From: Bacillota bacterium
GTDB lineage: Bacteria > Bacillota > Sulfobacillia > Sulfobacillales > Sulfobacillaceae
Direction: 5' to 3'
NCBI GenBank assembly: GCA_021795465.1
Contig: JAJYPK010000003.1
Location: forward strand, 6,915-70,914
Length of the DNA: 64,000 nucleotides
The position numbers and the translations under genes are program-made. Below the pieces are notes generated by a model. The model was not told the origin of the DNA. It saw only the letters and a list, made by a program, of their open reading frames with translations, and ran no database searches. This document shows positions 10,510-21,387 of this stretch, piece by piece; position 1 is the first letter of the stretch; each line of letters opens with the position of its first letter.

Positions 10510-11316
10510 GTGGTGAAGGAGCGTCACCAGTGGTTGATGGAGCGAATGCGCCGAACCTGGCCCCATTTTGTAGTCGACGTCGATGAAATCTTTGAGTGTC
10601 CAACACCGGGCTGGGACTATCGGGTGTTCTATATTAGAGACTGGGTGCTAAGGATGGGAATATCGCCGCCGTCCAATACTCATTTGCGTTATGAAATGGA
10701 GAAGCTAAAGGATCTCCATTTGTCGCTACCCATTCCCGACTATTTGTGGCAAGCCTCGTGGGGAGGTCTCTACAAAAAAATTCCCGGCCGACCCATCAGC
10801 CCATCGGAACTTAAGCAACCCCGCGTGCAGTCGGTGCTTGCCGGCTTTGTCGGCGGACTCCATGACCTCAAGAACCTGCCGAAGAATTATCGTAGCGAGC
10901 GAATCCGATTTCGATGGAAAAATCGCTATCGTGTGTTAGAAGACGCACTTCGCGTGACTGTCTTTCCTCTGCTAACCGTGAAACAACAACGGAAAGCCCA
11001 AGAACAGTTTGGTCAGCTATTTGCCACACTAGACAAACCTTGGTGGCCCTGTCTGTTGCACGGAGATTTGTCGCGTGACCATATTTTGGTAGAACAGGGA
11101 CATATCACGGGCGTTATTGACTTCGGTGATTTAATGATGGGGGATCCCGCGTTGGACTGGGCAGGATGGGAAGTAGATAAGGCACCCTCTGAATATATCG
11201 ATCGGATTCAATTCTATCGTTGGGTGGCACCTACCTACAAGATTCGTTATGTGCTAGAATCGGGAAGTGTAGAAGAGGTCGAACGAGCCATGCAAGAATG
11301 GCTTTCCCTTTGGTGA
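10510..11316 (+). CDS. Aminoglycoside/choline-kinase-type phosphotransferase (APH family)
   Basis: The catalytic and Mg-binding loop LLHGDLSRDHILV...GVIDFGD is present. I chose the GTG at 10510 behind GGAGGGA rather than the ORF's first ATG at 10411. Confidence 0.7.
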   Translation: MVKERHQWLMERMRRTWPHFVVDVDEIFECPTPGWDYRVFYIRDWVLRMGISPPSNTHLRYEMEKLKDLHLSLPIPDYLWQASWGGLYKKIPGRPISPSELKQPRVQSVLAGFVGGLHDLKNLPKNYRSERIRFRWKNRYRVLEDALRVTVFPLLTVKQQRKAQEQFGQLFATLDKPWWPCLLHGDLSRDHILVEQGHITGVIDFGDLMMGDPALDWAGWEVDKAPSEYIDRIQFYRWVAPTYKIRYVLESGSVEEVERAMQEWLSLW

Positions 11317-11639
11317 AGTTGATCCGGGGGCGAGGTCTAGGAGTTCACCGTTCGGCATATGTCTTTGGTAGAATCAGGATCGTCATTGAACCCAAAAAAT
11401 TTATTTTGAAATCTAGCAGGAATTTGAGTTTGTTACGCGAATCACTAATACCTATAAGGCTTCATTCATCACCATTACCAATTTAGTCGAAGTGTACCTA
11501 GGGATCCGTCGGTCATTGGCCGGAAGGACCAAGCGGTACAGGGCTCTCAGTATGATGAGCTACACCGTGGGGATAAAAAACCCGTGGCAGGTTCGGCGCT
11601 TTAATTGAACTTGTACGTGGGGCATTTGCCTCGCTTACC

Positions 11640-11879
11640 TACAGGCTATGACAGGGAATAGATGTGGGAGTGTAGCACACAGCGACTTAGGAAATGGTGA
11701 AAGCCTAAGGTTACATCTATATCTTCTCACCCTTGAGCTGATGCTTTCCGAACCCTACGGGGTGTAGATAAAGCCGGGTGATGTCCGTTATCCATTGCGA
11801 GAGGCCCTCGATTTGAGGGTAAACAAGGGTGGTACCACGCTGAGGCGTCCCTTTTCTAAAAAGGGGCCATTTTTGTTTT
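11640..11879 (+). promoter_or_regulatory. T-box riboswitch leader, probable Leu (CUC) specifier
   Basis: The T-box sequence AAGGGTGGTACCACGC lies at 11825-11840. Stem I helices are TAGATGT (11659-65) with ACATCTA (11713-19), and CTTAGG with CCTAAG enclosing a distal loop AAATGGTGAAAG. The specifier loop ends in CUC-A (11726-11729) just before the lower helix. A terminator hairpin and T-run follow. Confidence 0.85.
11847..11879 (+). terminator. T-box terminator hairpin with U-tract
   Basis: The stem is GTCCCTTTT paired with AAAAGGGGC, with a 4-5 nt loop. It is followed by CATTTTTGTTTT. Confidence 0.8.
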
Positions 11880-11904
11880 GCGAAAACGGGGAGGGACTTG
11901 CGTG

Positions 11905-12447
11905 ATGAACCAAACTATCGGGATAGAATTGCAGGATGGTCTGGGGGCTCTACAACGTCTGTTGTTGGTACTGGGTCAGCGCAACATTGTGATTCAACAC
12001 CTGACCGTGCAGACGGCCCCTCAGGAACGGTTCATGGTGGCCCATGTAGGAATTGAGGGAGATCCGTTTCGCGTCGAATGGGTCATGCACCAATTATTTC
12101 GGCATAAAGGTGTGCGCCGGGTATACCGGGTAGAATCCTCGGAGCAACCGACATGGATGGAGGTTCAATTGTCACCACACCAAGAGGTGCAGCGGACACC
12201 CGGTGTCACAGTTTTGGCAGAAGACCGTGCCCGGGGTCGGTATCGGGTGACAGGATGCCAAAAGGACCTTACCTATTGGGTCAAAACCCACGACGGGCAC
12301 GTCGAGGCAGTATCACAGACCGGTCTTTGGCCGCACGTGAGAAACGACGACCCGGTGAGTGTTCGTGGGAAATTACAAGGAGGAATGGGCAATGAACGCA
12401 AAGTTATATTACGACGACAGCGCCGATCTCGCGTGGTTAGCGGGTAA
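11905..12447 (+). CDS. ilvH: Acetolactate synthase small (regulatory) subunit, divergent
   Basis: The N-terminal ACT domain ([31 protein letters not shown]) and an IlvH-like C-terminal domain (..VEAVSQTG) are present. The ATG at 11905 follows GGGGAGGG. A basic tail of about 35 aa overlaps ilvC. Confidence 0.7.
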   Translation: MNQTIGIELQDGLGALQRLLLVLGQRNIVIQHLTVQTAPQERFMVAHVGIEGDPFRVEWVMHQLFRHKGVRRVYRVESSEQPTWMEVQLSPHQEVQRTPGVTVLAEDRARGRYRVTGCQKDLTYWVKTHDGHVEAVSQTGLWPHVRNDDPVSVRGKLQGGMGNERKVILRRQRRSRVVSG

Positions 12448-13411
12448 GACAGTAGCCATCGTAGGGTATGGGAGTCAGGGGCATGCGCATGCACTGAATC
12501 TACGCGATAGCGGCGTCAAGGTGGTGGTGGGAATACGCCCCGGTGGATCAGCGAATCGTGCCAAAGCCGAAGGCCTCACCGTGATGTCGGTGCGAGAAGC
12601 ATCAGAAATCGCAGACGTCGTGATGATGTTAGCGCCCGACCATCTGCAAGGAGACATCTACGAACAGGAGATTCGACCGGGTCTAAAATCTGGGAACGCT
12701 TTGGCGTTTGCTCATGGATTTTCGATTCGATACGAACAAGTGGTGCCGCCGGCCGATGTCGATGTGTTTATGATTGCGCCGAAAGCACCGGGTCACTTGG
12801 TGCGTCGCCTGTATGTGGAAGGTCAGGGGACCCCGGGGCTCTTGGCGATTCATCAAGATGCGACTGGGCATGCGGAGGAGATTGCGCTGGCCTATGGCAA
12901 AGGCATTGGCTGTACGCGTGCCGGAGTGATTCGTACCACATTCGCGGAAGAAACCGAAACAGACTTATTTGGTGAGCAGACCGTCCTTTGTGGAGGTGTT
13001 ACCGCGCTTATCCAAGCCGGTTTTGAAACGTTAGTGGAGGCAGGATATCAGCCGGAAATCGCCTATTTTGAAACCTTGCACGAGATGAAACTCATCGTGG
13101 ATCTAATGTACGAAGGAGGTCCGCGCGCGATGTGGTACTCGGTGTCGGACACCGCGGAGTACGGCGGGATGACCGTGGGGTCGACTCTAATAACGGAGGA
13201 GACCAAAAAACGCATGGGATCGGTGCTTGAAGACATCCAAAATGGGAATTTTGCGGAACGCTGGATAAACGAAAATCGCCAGGGACGTCCAGAATTTAAC
13301 AAATTGCGTCAAGTGGCAGCCACGCATCAAGTCGAGACCGTGGGCCGCGAGTTGCGAAGCATGATGTCCTGGTTGAAGCCGTCGGTTGTGGACCAAGAGG
13401 TCTCGAACTAG
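12392..13411 (+). CDS. ilvC: Ketol-acid reductoisomerase
   Basis: The sequence [13 protein letters not shown]...[19 protein letters not shown] is a classic class I KARI. The ATG at 12392 follows AAGGAGGA. Confidence 0.95.
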   Translation: MNAKLYYDDSADLAWLAGKTVAIVGYGSQGHAHALNLRDSGVKVVVGIRPGGSANRAKAEGLTVMSVREASEIADVVMMLAPDHLQGDIYEQEIRPGLKSGNALAFAHGFSIRYEQVVPPADVDVFMIAPKAPGHLVRRLYVEGQGTPGLLAIHQDATGHAEEIALAYGKGIGCTRAGVIRTTFAEETETDLFGEQTVLCGGVTALIQAGFETLVEAGYQPEIAYFETLHEMKLIVDLMYEGGPRAMWYSVSDTAEYGGMTVGSTLITEETKKRMGSVLEDIQNGNFAERWINENRQGRPEFNKLRQVAATHQVETVGRELRSMMSWLKPSVVDQEVSN

Positions 13412-13419
13412 GAAGGAGA

Positions 13420-14970
13420 ATGGACGTGGGTAATTCGGTTGGGGATCGGGTGAAGATTTTTGATACCACATTGCGGGATGGGGAGCAGTCACCTGGAGTT
13501 GCGCTGTCCTGGCAGGAAAAGCTTGCACTAGCGGAGCAACTTGCCCGGCTCGGTGTCGACGTGATTGAGGCCGGGTTTCCCCAAGCTTCGGTGGGAGACT
13601 TTGAAGCGGTGCGAACGATTGCAAAGAACGTATCGGGTGTCACCATTGCGGGTCTGGCACGATGCCACGAAGTGGACGTGAGACGTGCGGCAGAGGCTCT
13701 TGATGTTGCTCAGAAACCAAGAATTCATGTCTTTCTTGCTACCTCGCCGATTCACATGCGATCCAAGTTGAAGATGACTTCCCAAGAAGTGCTAGACCGC
13801 GTGGGCAGCATGGTGGCTCTAGCTCGATCATATTACGAGGATGTCGAATTCTCGGCTGAGGATGCCACCCGATCGGACCACGAGTTTTTATGCCAAGTCG
13901 CCCGGGTTGCAGTACAGGCGGGAGCCTCTACCATCAACCTGCCCGACACGGTCGGTTACACCACTCCTGACGAGTATCAAGACTTGGTGCGGTGCGTCAA
14001 AGACGCGGTGAATAATGACGCGGTGACGATCTCGGTACATTGTCACAATGACCTGGGGTTGGCGGTGGCCAACACGTTGGCCGGCATTGAAGCGGGATGC
14101 CGACAGGTGGAGGTGGCGGTGAACGGGATAGGAGAGCGTGCCGGGAATGCCGCACTGGAAGAAGTGGTGATGGTTTTGTCGGCAAGAAAAGATGCTTTGA
14201 AAGTGACCCATGGAGTTGATACCCGGGAAATTTATCGGGCGAGTCAAATGGTGAGTCGGTTGACGGGCATGGCGATTCAATTCAATAAGGCTATCGTGGG
14301 TCGCAATGCGTTTCGCCATGAATCTGGTATCCATCAAGACGGGATGCTGAAGGATCCGAGCACCTACGAGATCTTGTCGCCGGAAAGTATCGGGATTGGC
14401 TCCACGGTGTTTGTACTAGGCAAGCACTCTGGGCGCCATGCACTCCGCCAACGGCTCGACGAACTGAGCTTGTCGGTAACGACAGAGCAACTCGATGACA
14501 TTCAGCACCGCATCAAGGCGTTAGCGGAGGAAAAGTCGGCCATCAACGATCACGACCTGGAGGCACTTTGGCAGGACGTGGTGGGCCGTGGAATCGAGGC
14601 TCCAACGAGTGAACTTTTGTCATGGCAGGTTACCACCGGAACGCAAGTGCGTCCAACAGCGCACGTCGTCATTCGACAAGAGGGGGGCGTTGTGGAGGAT
14701 TCCGGAAGTGGAGATGGACCGGTCCACGCGTTGTTTCAAGCCATCAGTCGTGCGGTGGGTCAACCGCAAGCGGAGTTGTCCGATTACCAGCTTATCACGG
14801 TGTCCCCGGGTGAAGGTGGTCTAGCTGCGGCCAGAGTCTCTGTGACGGTCGACACGATGGAATGCCTTGGCCAGTCTACCGACAGTGATGTACTAAAAGC
14901 CTCCGCCATGGCTTTACATCAGGCGTTAAGTCGTGTCCGAGAAAAGATAAAGAAAGGTGTTGTGGCGTAA
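13420..14970 (+). CDS. leuA: 2-isopropylmalate synthase
   Basis: The motifs [14 protein letters not shown] and [16 protein letters not shown] are present, together with a C-terminal LeuA dimerisation/regulatory domain. A GTG at 13426 is an alternative start. Confidence 0.93.
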   Translation: MDVGNSVGDRVKIFDTTLRDGEQSPGVALSWQEKLALAEQLARLGVDVIEAGFPQASVGDFEAVRTIAKNVSGVTIAGLARCHEVDVRRAAEALDVAQKPRIHVFLATSPIHMRSKLKMTSQEVLDRVGSMVALARSYYEDVEFSAEDATRSDHEFLCQVARVAVQAGASTINLPDTVGYTTPDEYQDLVRCVKDAVNNDAVTISVHCHNDLGLAVANTLAGIEAGCRQVEVAVNGIGERAGNAALEEVVMVLSARKDALKVTHGVDTREIYRASQMVSRLTGMAIQFNKAIVGRNAFRHESGIHQDGMLKDPSTYEILSPESIGIGSTVFVLGKHSGRHALRQRLDELSLSVTTEQLDDIQHRIKALAEEKSAINDHDLEALWQDVVGRGIEAPTSELLSWQVTTGTQVRPTAHVVIRQEGGVVEDSGSGDGPVHALFQAISRAVGQPQAELSDYQLITVSPGEGGLAAARVSVTVDTMECLGQSTDSDVLKASAMALHQALSRVREKIKKGVVA

Positions 14971-14973
14971 AAC

Positions 14974-16032
14974 ATGGCAGGGAGACACCTCTTGGTTTTG
15001 GCGGGCGATGGTATTGGCCCCGAAGTAACGGATGCGGCGTTGCGGGTGCTCGATGTTGTGGTGCGACGCGCAGGCGTCGCGGTTGAGGTGACCACCGGTG
15101 TTATTGGGGGGGCCGCCATCGATGCGACGGGAGAACCGCTACCGGCAGTCACCTTGGCTCAAGTAGATCGCAACAGCCCCGTGCTGTTAGGTGCGGTTGG
15201 AGGGCCCCGGTGGGCCAAAGGACCGCGACCCGAGGCGGGATTATTGGAACTACGGCGTTATATGGGGCTCTGGGCTAATTTGAGACCATTTGAAGTGTTT
15301 GCAGGGTTGGAAGATCAGTCACCTCTTAAACGGCCTCACGGGATCAAAGGACTTATTATTCGCGAATTGACGGGAGGTGCCTATTTCGGCGAACCTCGGG
15401 GGCGAGGTGGAGAAGGGGAGCAAGGTTGGGCGCTCGACACCATGATTTATCATCGCTACGAAATCGAACGCATTGTTCGTTTGGGATTCCAATATGCCGA
15501 ACGAGCTGCCGTCCCCCTAACCTCTATCGATAAGGCGAACGTCTTAGAAAGTTCGCGATTGTGGAGAGAAACCGTCGAGCAGGTTAGGGAAGATTTTCCG
15601 GCAGTAATGGTCCAGCATCGGTTGGTGGATGCGGCTGCGATGGACCTGGTGATCCACTCGGATCAATTTCAAGTGGTGGTCACCGAAAACCTATTTGGCG
15701 ATATCTTGAGCGACCTAGCCGGCGGTCTGGTGGGAAGTTTAGGTCTTCTGGGGTCGTCATCGGTATCTGGCCAACCCGGAACCCGCGGCCTCTTTGAACC
15801 CGTCCACGGATCCGCTCCCGACATTGCGGGTCAGGGACTGGCTAATCCAGTCGGCGCTCTATTGTCCCTGGTGGGTTTGATGCGATGGTCGTGGCAGGAT
15901 GACGCCTTGGCCGATGCTATCGAAATAGCGGTAAAAGAGGCCTTAAGATCCGGGGCTCGCACGAGAGATATCGGTGGCAGTGACTCCACGGAGTCTTTCA
16001 CGCAGGCGGTCATCAAGCAATTGCAGACATAA
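14974..16032 (+). CDS. leuB: 3-isopropylmalate dehydrogenase
   Basis: The motifs LAGDGIGPEV and NLFGDILSDLAG are present. The protein is 352 aa. Confidence 0.93.
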   Translation: MAGRHLLVLAGDGIGPEVTDAALRVLDVVVRRAGVAVEVTTGVIGGAAIDATGEPLPAVTLAQVDRNSPVLLGAVGGPRWAKGPRPEAGLLELRRYMGLWANLRPFEVFAGLEDQSPLKRPHGIKGLIIRELTGGAYFGEPRGRGGEGEQGWALDTMIYHRYEIERIVRLGFQYAERAAVPLTSIDKANVLESSRLWRETVEQVREDFPAVMVQHRLVDAAAMDLVIHSDQFQVVVTENLFGDILSDLAGGLVGSLGLLGSSSVSGQPGTRGLFEPVHGSAPDIAGQGLANPVGALLSLVGLMRWSWQDDALADAIEIAVKEALRSGARTRDIGGSDSTESFTQAVIKQLQT

Positions 16033-16047
16033 GGGAGGTGTAGAGCC

Positions 16048-17712
16048 ATGACGGGAGCAGAATTGGCATGGAAAGTCTCGACGGAGTTGGGGGTTGCCAA
16101 GATATTTGGAGTTCCGGGTGGAGCCATTCTGCCATTGGTCGATGCCATGGTGGCTCATCGAGACGCGTTAGACTTCATCGTGACGCGTCACGAGTCCGCC
16201 GCGATCCATGCCGCGGATGGATATGCGCGAGTGACGGGTAAACCAGCTCTGGCTCTAGCGACGTCCGGCCCTGGTGGTACCAATGTGATAACGGGACTCG
16301 CTACCGCGATGACCGATTCGGTGCCGGTGGTCCTCATTCTGGGCCAAGTGCCGACCACGCTTATCGGTACGGACGCCTTTCAGGAAGCCGATCTATTTGC
16401 GATGACAATGTCGGTCGTTAAGCATAGTTGGCGGATTACCGAAGCGGACGAAGTGGCGCCCATTTTACGCGAAGCCTACCGTGTAGCGGCTGAAGGTCGC
16501 CCGGGTCCGGTAGTGGTAGAGTTTCCTAAGAATATCCAACTGGCAGAAGTACGGACGAGTCACAAGATCCGTGAAATGCCTGACGTGCCTTCTCGTTGGG
16601 TACCCCAAACTTTGGGCTGGGCCAGAGCTCGTGCCTACCTGGCTCGGTCCGAGCGTCCCGTGCTTTATATCGGCGGTGGAGTAGCCTCAAGCGGAACCGC
16701 ACCATGGATTCGGGTCTTGGCGGAACGATTTAACTGTCCGGTGACGACGACCCTCTTAGGACTTGGAGGATTTCCCAGCTCACATCCGTTGTCGTTGGGA
16801 ATGTTAGGGATGCACGGCACTTGGTACGCAAATCACGCAATGCAGGAGGCGGATCTGATCCTTGCCTGCGGCGTGCGGTTTGATGATCGTGTAACGGGAA
16901 AACTTGATGAATTTGCTCCCAAGGCGCGGATTATTCACATTGAGGTGGACCATGCCGAGATCAATAAGTTGGTTCGACCTGATGTCGTGATGCATGGCGA
17001 CTTGGTCCAGGTGTTGCCCCGATTGGCCAATATTGTTCCTGCAAGAAAGCATGCGGCATGGCGCCGCACGATCGACCAGTGGAAAGCTGAACATCCACTT
17101 CGAGTGCCTCCGGCACCGCCTGGTACCATCGCCACGGCAGAGGCGTTTGAGGTGCTGCGAGAGACGGTGGATGCTGAGGATGTGATAGTAACAGAGGTAG
17201 GCCAACATCAAATGTGGGCGGCGTTATGTATCCCTCGGGATCAGCCTCGACGCTTTATCACGTCTGGCGGGGCGGGGACCATGGGCTACGGGTTTCCGGC
17301 GGCCATGGGTGCCAAGGTGGCCTTACCCCATCGCCGTGTAGTGCTATTGGCGGGTGATGGGAGTTTCCAGATGAATCTACAGGAGTTGGCCACACTGGCT
17401 CAATACCGTATCGGGGTGACAATTCTGGTGCTTAACAATCAGGGGCATGGAATGGTGCGGCAGTGGCAGGACCTCTTTCATGGGAAACGGCGCTATGGTG
17501 TACATTTGAACAACCCCGACTTTGTTAAGTTGGCCGAGGCATTTGGGATCCAAGGATTTTCGGTGAATACCGTAGACAGCTTGCGAGAAACTTTGACGGT
17601 GACACGCGGTTTGGACTATCCGGTCCTCATCGAGGTGGCGATTCCGGAAGATGAACATGTGTATCCGATGGTGCCCGCCGGGCAGTCGTTGTCGACCGTG
17701 CTCGAAGGCTAG
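16048..17712 (+). CDS. ilvB: Acetolactate synthase large (catalytic) subunit
   Basis: The ThDP enzyme motifs are GVPGGAILPL and GGAGTMGYGFPAAMGA...GDGSFQMN. The protein is 554 aa. Confidence 0.92.
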   Translation: MTGAELAWKVSTELGVAKIFGVPGGAILPLVDAMVAHRDALDFIVTRHESAAIHAADGYARVTGKPALALATSGPGGTNVITGLATAMTDSVPVVLILGQVPTTLIGTDAFQEADLFAMTMSVVKHSWRITEADEVAPILREAYRVAAEGRPGPVVVEFPKNIQLAEVRTSHKIREMPDVPSRWVPQTLGWARARAYLARSERPVLYIGGGVASSGTAPWIRVLAERFNCPVTTTLLGLGGFPSSHPLSLGMLGMHGTWYANHAMQEADLILACGVRFDDRVTGKLDEFAPKARIIHIEVDHAEINKLVRPDVVMHGDLVQVLPRLANIVPARKHAAWRRTIDQWKAEHPLRVPPAPPGTIATAEAFEVLRETVDAEDVIVTEVGQHQMWAALCIPRDQPRRFITSGGAGTMGYGFPAAMGAKVALPHRRVVLLAGDGSFQMNLQELATLAQYRIGVTILVLNNQGHGMVRQWQDLFHGKRRYGVHLNNPDFVKLAEAFGIQGFSVNTVDSLRETLTVTRGLDYPVLIEVAIPEDEHVYPMVPAGQSLSTVLEG

Positions 17713-17739
17713 ACAGTCATCAATAAGGGAGAGAGAATC

Positions 17740-18648
17740 ATGGAACATGCGGCAGAACGCTTAATTTTCATCAATGGGGAACTGATTCCGGCGTCGAAAG
17801 CTTCGGTGTCCGTCTTCGACCATGGATTCTTGTACGGAGATGGTATCTTTGAAGGAATCCGGGTCTACTCGGGCCGAGTTTTTAAACTCGAAGAACATCT
17901 CGAACGGCTCTATGATTCCGCTAAAGCCCTATTATTACAGATCCCTTATACGCCAACAGAACTGAGAGAGGCCGTACGATACACGGTTCGAGAGAATGGT
18001 CTACAAGATGCCTACATTCGATTAGTGATATCCCGAGGGCCGGGAGATCTCGGACTCGACCCCACCAGATGTCCTCACCCCACCGTCATTATTATCGTGG
18101 ACACCATACGCCTATATCCCGAGTCCCTGTATCAAAGTGGTATGGAGTTGGCCTCGGTCTCGATTCGGAGACCGGGCACGGACGTCTTGAACCCGGCGGT
18201 GAAGTCTCTCAATTATCTCAACAGCGTGCTAGCCAAGATTGAGGCAAATTTGCGTGGCCTGTCGGAGGTGTTAATACTCAATCAATTCGGGCAGGTGGTG
18301 GAAGGAACCGGCGATAATGTATTCTTAGTCAAGGGGGGCACTCTCTATACGCCACCAACCTATTCTGGGATTTTAAATGGGATTACCCGTCAGGTGGTAT
18401 TGGACCTGGCTCGAACAGAGGGTATTCTTAGTCAGGAAGTGCCTATCACCTTACATGACGTATATACCGCCGACGAATGTTTTTTGACAGGAACAGCAGC
18501 AGAAGTGATCGGGGTGGTGTCTTGTGATGGACGTCAGATTGGAACCGGAAAAGTCGGACTGGTTACCCGCCAAATACGTGATGCCTTTTTCACGTACGCC
18601 CGTAGCGAGGGATTGCCCGTGTACACGGAGGATACCCTAAGAATATGA
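17740..18648 (+). CDS. ilvE: Branched-chain amino acid aminotransferase (fold type IV)
   Basis: The class IV aminotransferase motifs (FDHGFLYGDGIFEGIR, EGTGDNVF) are present. The gene lies in an ilv/leu operon. Confidence 0.85.
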   Translation: MEHAAERLIFINGELIPASKASVSVFDHGFLYGDGIFEGIRVYSGRVFKLEEHLERLYDSAKALLLQIPYTPTELREAVRYTVRENGLQDAYIRLVISRGPGDLGLDPTRCPHPTVIIIVDTIRLYPESLYQSGMELASVSIRRPGTDVLNPAVKSLNYLNSVLAKIEANLRGLSEVLILNQFGQVVEGTGDNVFLVKGGTLYTPPTYSGILNGITRQVVLDLARTEGILSQEVPITLHDVYTADECFLTGTAAEVIGVVSCDGRQIGTGKVGLVTRQIRDAFFTYARSEGLPVYTEDTLRI

Positions 18649-19484
18649 ATTCAGGTGCCAGCATTTTTTATCAAGGAGAACCAGGTTGCTTCAGTGAAGC
18701 AGCAATCTTAAGTCACTGGCCCCAAGCGCGTGCTATCCCGATGGCGTCGTTTGAGGATGTGGTAAGGGCACTGCTGGAGCGTCCCCAGTCGGTAGGGCTT
18801 TTGCCGATCGAGAATGCTTATCGTGGGCCGGTCTATGAGGTACTAGACCTCTTAACCAACGCGGCCACGCCCCTGGGAATCCGGGCTGAAGTGGTGCAGC
18901 CAGTGCGTTTGGCACTCCTGGCATGCCCGGGAACGCGTATAGAAGACGTTGTTGTGGTGCGTTCTCATCCCCAGGCGTTAATGCAAAGTCGGGGGTTTTG
19001 GGGTAGGCGCGGGTGGCGGGCCGAACCTACTCTAGATACGGCGGGTAGTGCTCGGGAATTGGCAGAGGTCGGGGGAGATGGAATTGCCGCTATTGCGAGC
19101 CCGAATGCGGGCCATCTGTATGGACTTAACATCCTGGCGGACCATATTCACGACCATCACGATAACCGAACCCGTTTTTGGCTGATATCTAAGACCAGGT
19201 TAGGTGACCATCAATCTCCTTTGGGACTTTACAAAACCAGCGTGATCTTTGACGTGCCAAACATACCGGGAAGCTTGGTCGCGGTCCTGTCGCATTTTAG
19301 TCGGTACGGGCTCAATATGAATAAAGTTGAATCGCGCCCGCGCCCTGGCGTACCGTTCGCATTTCGATTTTGGGTGGATATTAGTGGGGAACCCCAACGC
19401 GTGACGAAAGCTATGGATGACGTGCGCCATGATACAGAATGGAGTCGGGTGTTGGGGGAGCAATATCCCGTATTGGACCAATAG
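18645..19484 (+). CDS. pheA: Prephenate dehydratase
   Basis: The PDT domain (FYQGEPGCFSEAA, TRFWLIS) is followed by a C-terminal ACT domain (ESRP). An ATGA overlap with ilvE suggests translational coupling. Confidence 0.88.
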   Translation: MNSGASIFYQGEPGCFSEAAILSHWPQARAIPMASFEDVVRALLERPQSVGLLPIENAYRGPVYEVLDLLTNAATPLGIRAEVVQPVRLALLACPGTRIEDVVVVRSHPQALMQSRGFWGRRGWRAEPTLDTAGSARELAEVGGDGIAAIASPNAGHLYGLNILADHIHDHHDNRTRFWLISKTRLGDHQSPLGLYKTSVIFDVPNIPGSLVAVLSHFSRYGLNMNKVESRPRPGVPFAFRFWVDISGEPQRVTKAMDDVRHDTEWSRVLGEQYPVLDQ

Positions 19485-19562
19485 TGGAGCCCTCTCGTCA
19501 TGTGATGGATTGTAGATCGGTTAGAAAACAGGTTAAACCACATTGAGGTAGGAGGTGCGGGA

Positions 19563-20537
19563 ATGGAATATAAACATCTCGGAACCAGCGGTTTAGTCGT
19601 GTCTCAAATAGGACTCGGGACTAATGCTTTCGGGGGGCGCGCAGACCAGGACACGTCAATCCAGATCATTCACGCGGCATTAGATAGCGGAGTCACGTTG
19701 TTGGACACCGCAAATGGGTACTGTGGAGGAGAATCGGAGCGGATTATCGGACAAGCCATTCGGGATCGACGAAGCCACGTGGTCTTGTCTACTAAGGCTG
19801 GATTACCGGTTCGCGAGGGAATCTATGGGCAAGGCGCTTCACGGCGCCATTTGATGCAGGAGCTTGAAGCCAGTTTGAAACGTTTGGATACCGATTACAT
19901 AGATTTATATTACGTTCATACCTTCGACCCCCTCACCCCGCTACAAGAAACTTTGAGAACCCTAGATGATATGGTGCGAGCGGGCAAGGTGCGCTATATT
20001 GCGGCATCCAATTATGAGGCGTGGGAACTCATGAAAGCGTTGAGTATGAGCCATCAGCACAATCTTACACCGTTTATCGGAATCCAGTCGTCGTATTCGC
20101 TCGCCGATCGCACACCCGAACGAGACCTGGTACCCCTATGTGCCGACCAAGGTCTAGGTATTATCGCGTATTATCCGCTTGCGGGCGGAATCTTGTCCGG
20201 TAAGTATCGGGATGGGCAAGTGCCCCCAGGGTCACGGCTTGCAAGTACTCCACGGTTTGCACGCATGCTTGCCACTTCTCGCGTTGAGTTATCGGAGACC
20301 CTAGTCGATCTAGCAGGACAACATCACGTGGCACCGGCTGCGTTAGCCTTGCGCTGGCTCGTGGAGCAGCCCCAAGTTAGTAGTGCGATTGTGGGTGCGA
20401 CTCGAGTCCCGCAGTTGCAACAAAATTTGGAGGCACTTAGCATTCCTTATGGCCCTGACCTCCACGTTCAACTCAATCAGGCGACCCTAGGATTCGTTCA
20501 CGAGGCCCGCTTTGGATGGTACCGACTCGATACTTGA
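19563..20537 (+). CDS. Aldo/keto reductase
   Basis: AKR signatures are present (LGTNAFGG, YIDLYYVH, IIAYYPLAGGILSGKY). Confidence 0.88.
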   Translation: MEYKHLGTSGLVVSQIGLGTNAFGGRADQDTSIQIIHAALDSGVTLLDTANGYCGGESERIIGQAIRDRRSHVVLSTKAGLPVREGIYGQGASRRHLMQELEASLKRLDTDYIDLYYVHTFDPLTPLQETLRTLDDMVRAGKVRYIAASNYEAWELMKALSMSHQHNLTPFIGIQSSYSLADRTPERDLVPLCADQGLGIIAYYPLAGGILSGKYRDGQVPPGSRLASTPRFARMLATSRVELSETLVDLAGQHHVAPAALALRWLVEQPQVSSAIVGATRVPQLQQNLEALSIPYGPDLHVQLNQATLGFVHEARFGWYRLDT

Positions 20538-20604
20538 AAATGTCACCAAGGGGCATATTTTTCTTTCATCAACGATAGAATACACCACCCAGGACGAGAC
20601 GTAT

Positions 20605-21282
20605 TCACTCCGGAATCCTGACCACGTCCCATCCCGGAGTACTGGATCGTATTTGGGCCGTACCTTTCGTCGCGTCGCGAATGTTGGATGCAAGTGGCGG
20701 CCAAGCGCGAACCGAGACGCGAAACGTTGCGGTGATTTCCTTGGCAAAGGTTGTGGTGAAGTGGGAAACATGCGGGTCCAGGATATGGCGGATCGCCTCA
20801 TAGTCGGGATACCGCATGATGATGTCAATGTCGAGGGTCTCCACTAATTGCCCCCATTCTGTTTGGTCGAGGGCTAGTTGGGCAGATTTTTGATAGGCGT
20901 GGACCAATCCCCCATGACCCAACTTGGTTCCGCCAAAGTATCGGGCGACCACCACCATGACATAGCATAAATCGCGACGTATCAAGAGGTTGAGAATCGG
21001 TAGACCTGCGGTGCCGTGGGGTTCGCCATCATCATGCGCCCGATCCATGCCGGACGGTAGCCGATATGCATAGGCGTAATGGTTAGCGTTTGGCCATCGC
21101 GTCTCTGCGTTGTGGAGGATCGCGTCCACCTCGTCTAGATCGCGGAGCGCTTCGGTAATGCTAAGAAACCGAGACTTCTTCACTTCTAACGTGGCAGGCT
21201 GGCTGACCAACGGAACCCAATTCAATGGCAACGCTCCTAGGGTGTGGCGTCTGCGAGACAATCGACACGAACTATCGTACAA
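20605..21282 (-). CDS. yigZ: IMPACT/YigZ family protein (UPF0029)
   Basis: The motifs KKSRFL, HYAYAYRL, DDGEPHGTAG and ARYFGGTKLGHGGL are present. Confidence 0.8.
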   Translation of the reverse strand: MYDSSCRLSRRRHTLGALPLNWVPLVSQPATLEVKKSRFLSITEALRDLDEVDAILHNAETRWPNANHYAYAYRLPSGMDRAHDDGEPHGTAGLPILNLLIRRDLCYVMVVVARYFGGTKLGHGGLVHAYQKSAQLALDQTEWGQLVETLDIDIIMRYPDYEAIRHILDPHVSHFTTTFAKEITATFRVSVRAWPPLASNIRDATKGTAQIRSSTPGWDVVRIPE

Positions 21283-21387
21283 TAAGCCCGACCGAATTAG
21301 GTCGTAGTAGTATTATGGGAGGTCATGGGTTTTTTGGTCAAACCATCCCACCCGGCATTTAGACCTCCAGCGGAAACGAGGTGACGC

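Noticed and set aside
10360-10510. Two short frames lie upstream of the APH gene. They are MELTLTAEVL-stop and MIWPEHAALLEHTLEAYRQGAGGMSGTVAYMEGLLW-stop.
   Set aside because: They are too short and show no similarity I recognise. They could be a leader peptide or a remnant, but I have no support for either.
11878-11904. The TTG at 11878 is the ilvH start given by the ORF track.
   Set aside because: The TTG lies inside the U-tract of the T-box terminator. The Shine-Dalgarno sequence GGGGAGGG at 11889-96 serves the GTG/ATG at 11902/11905 instead.
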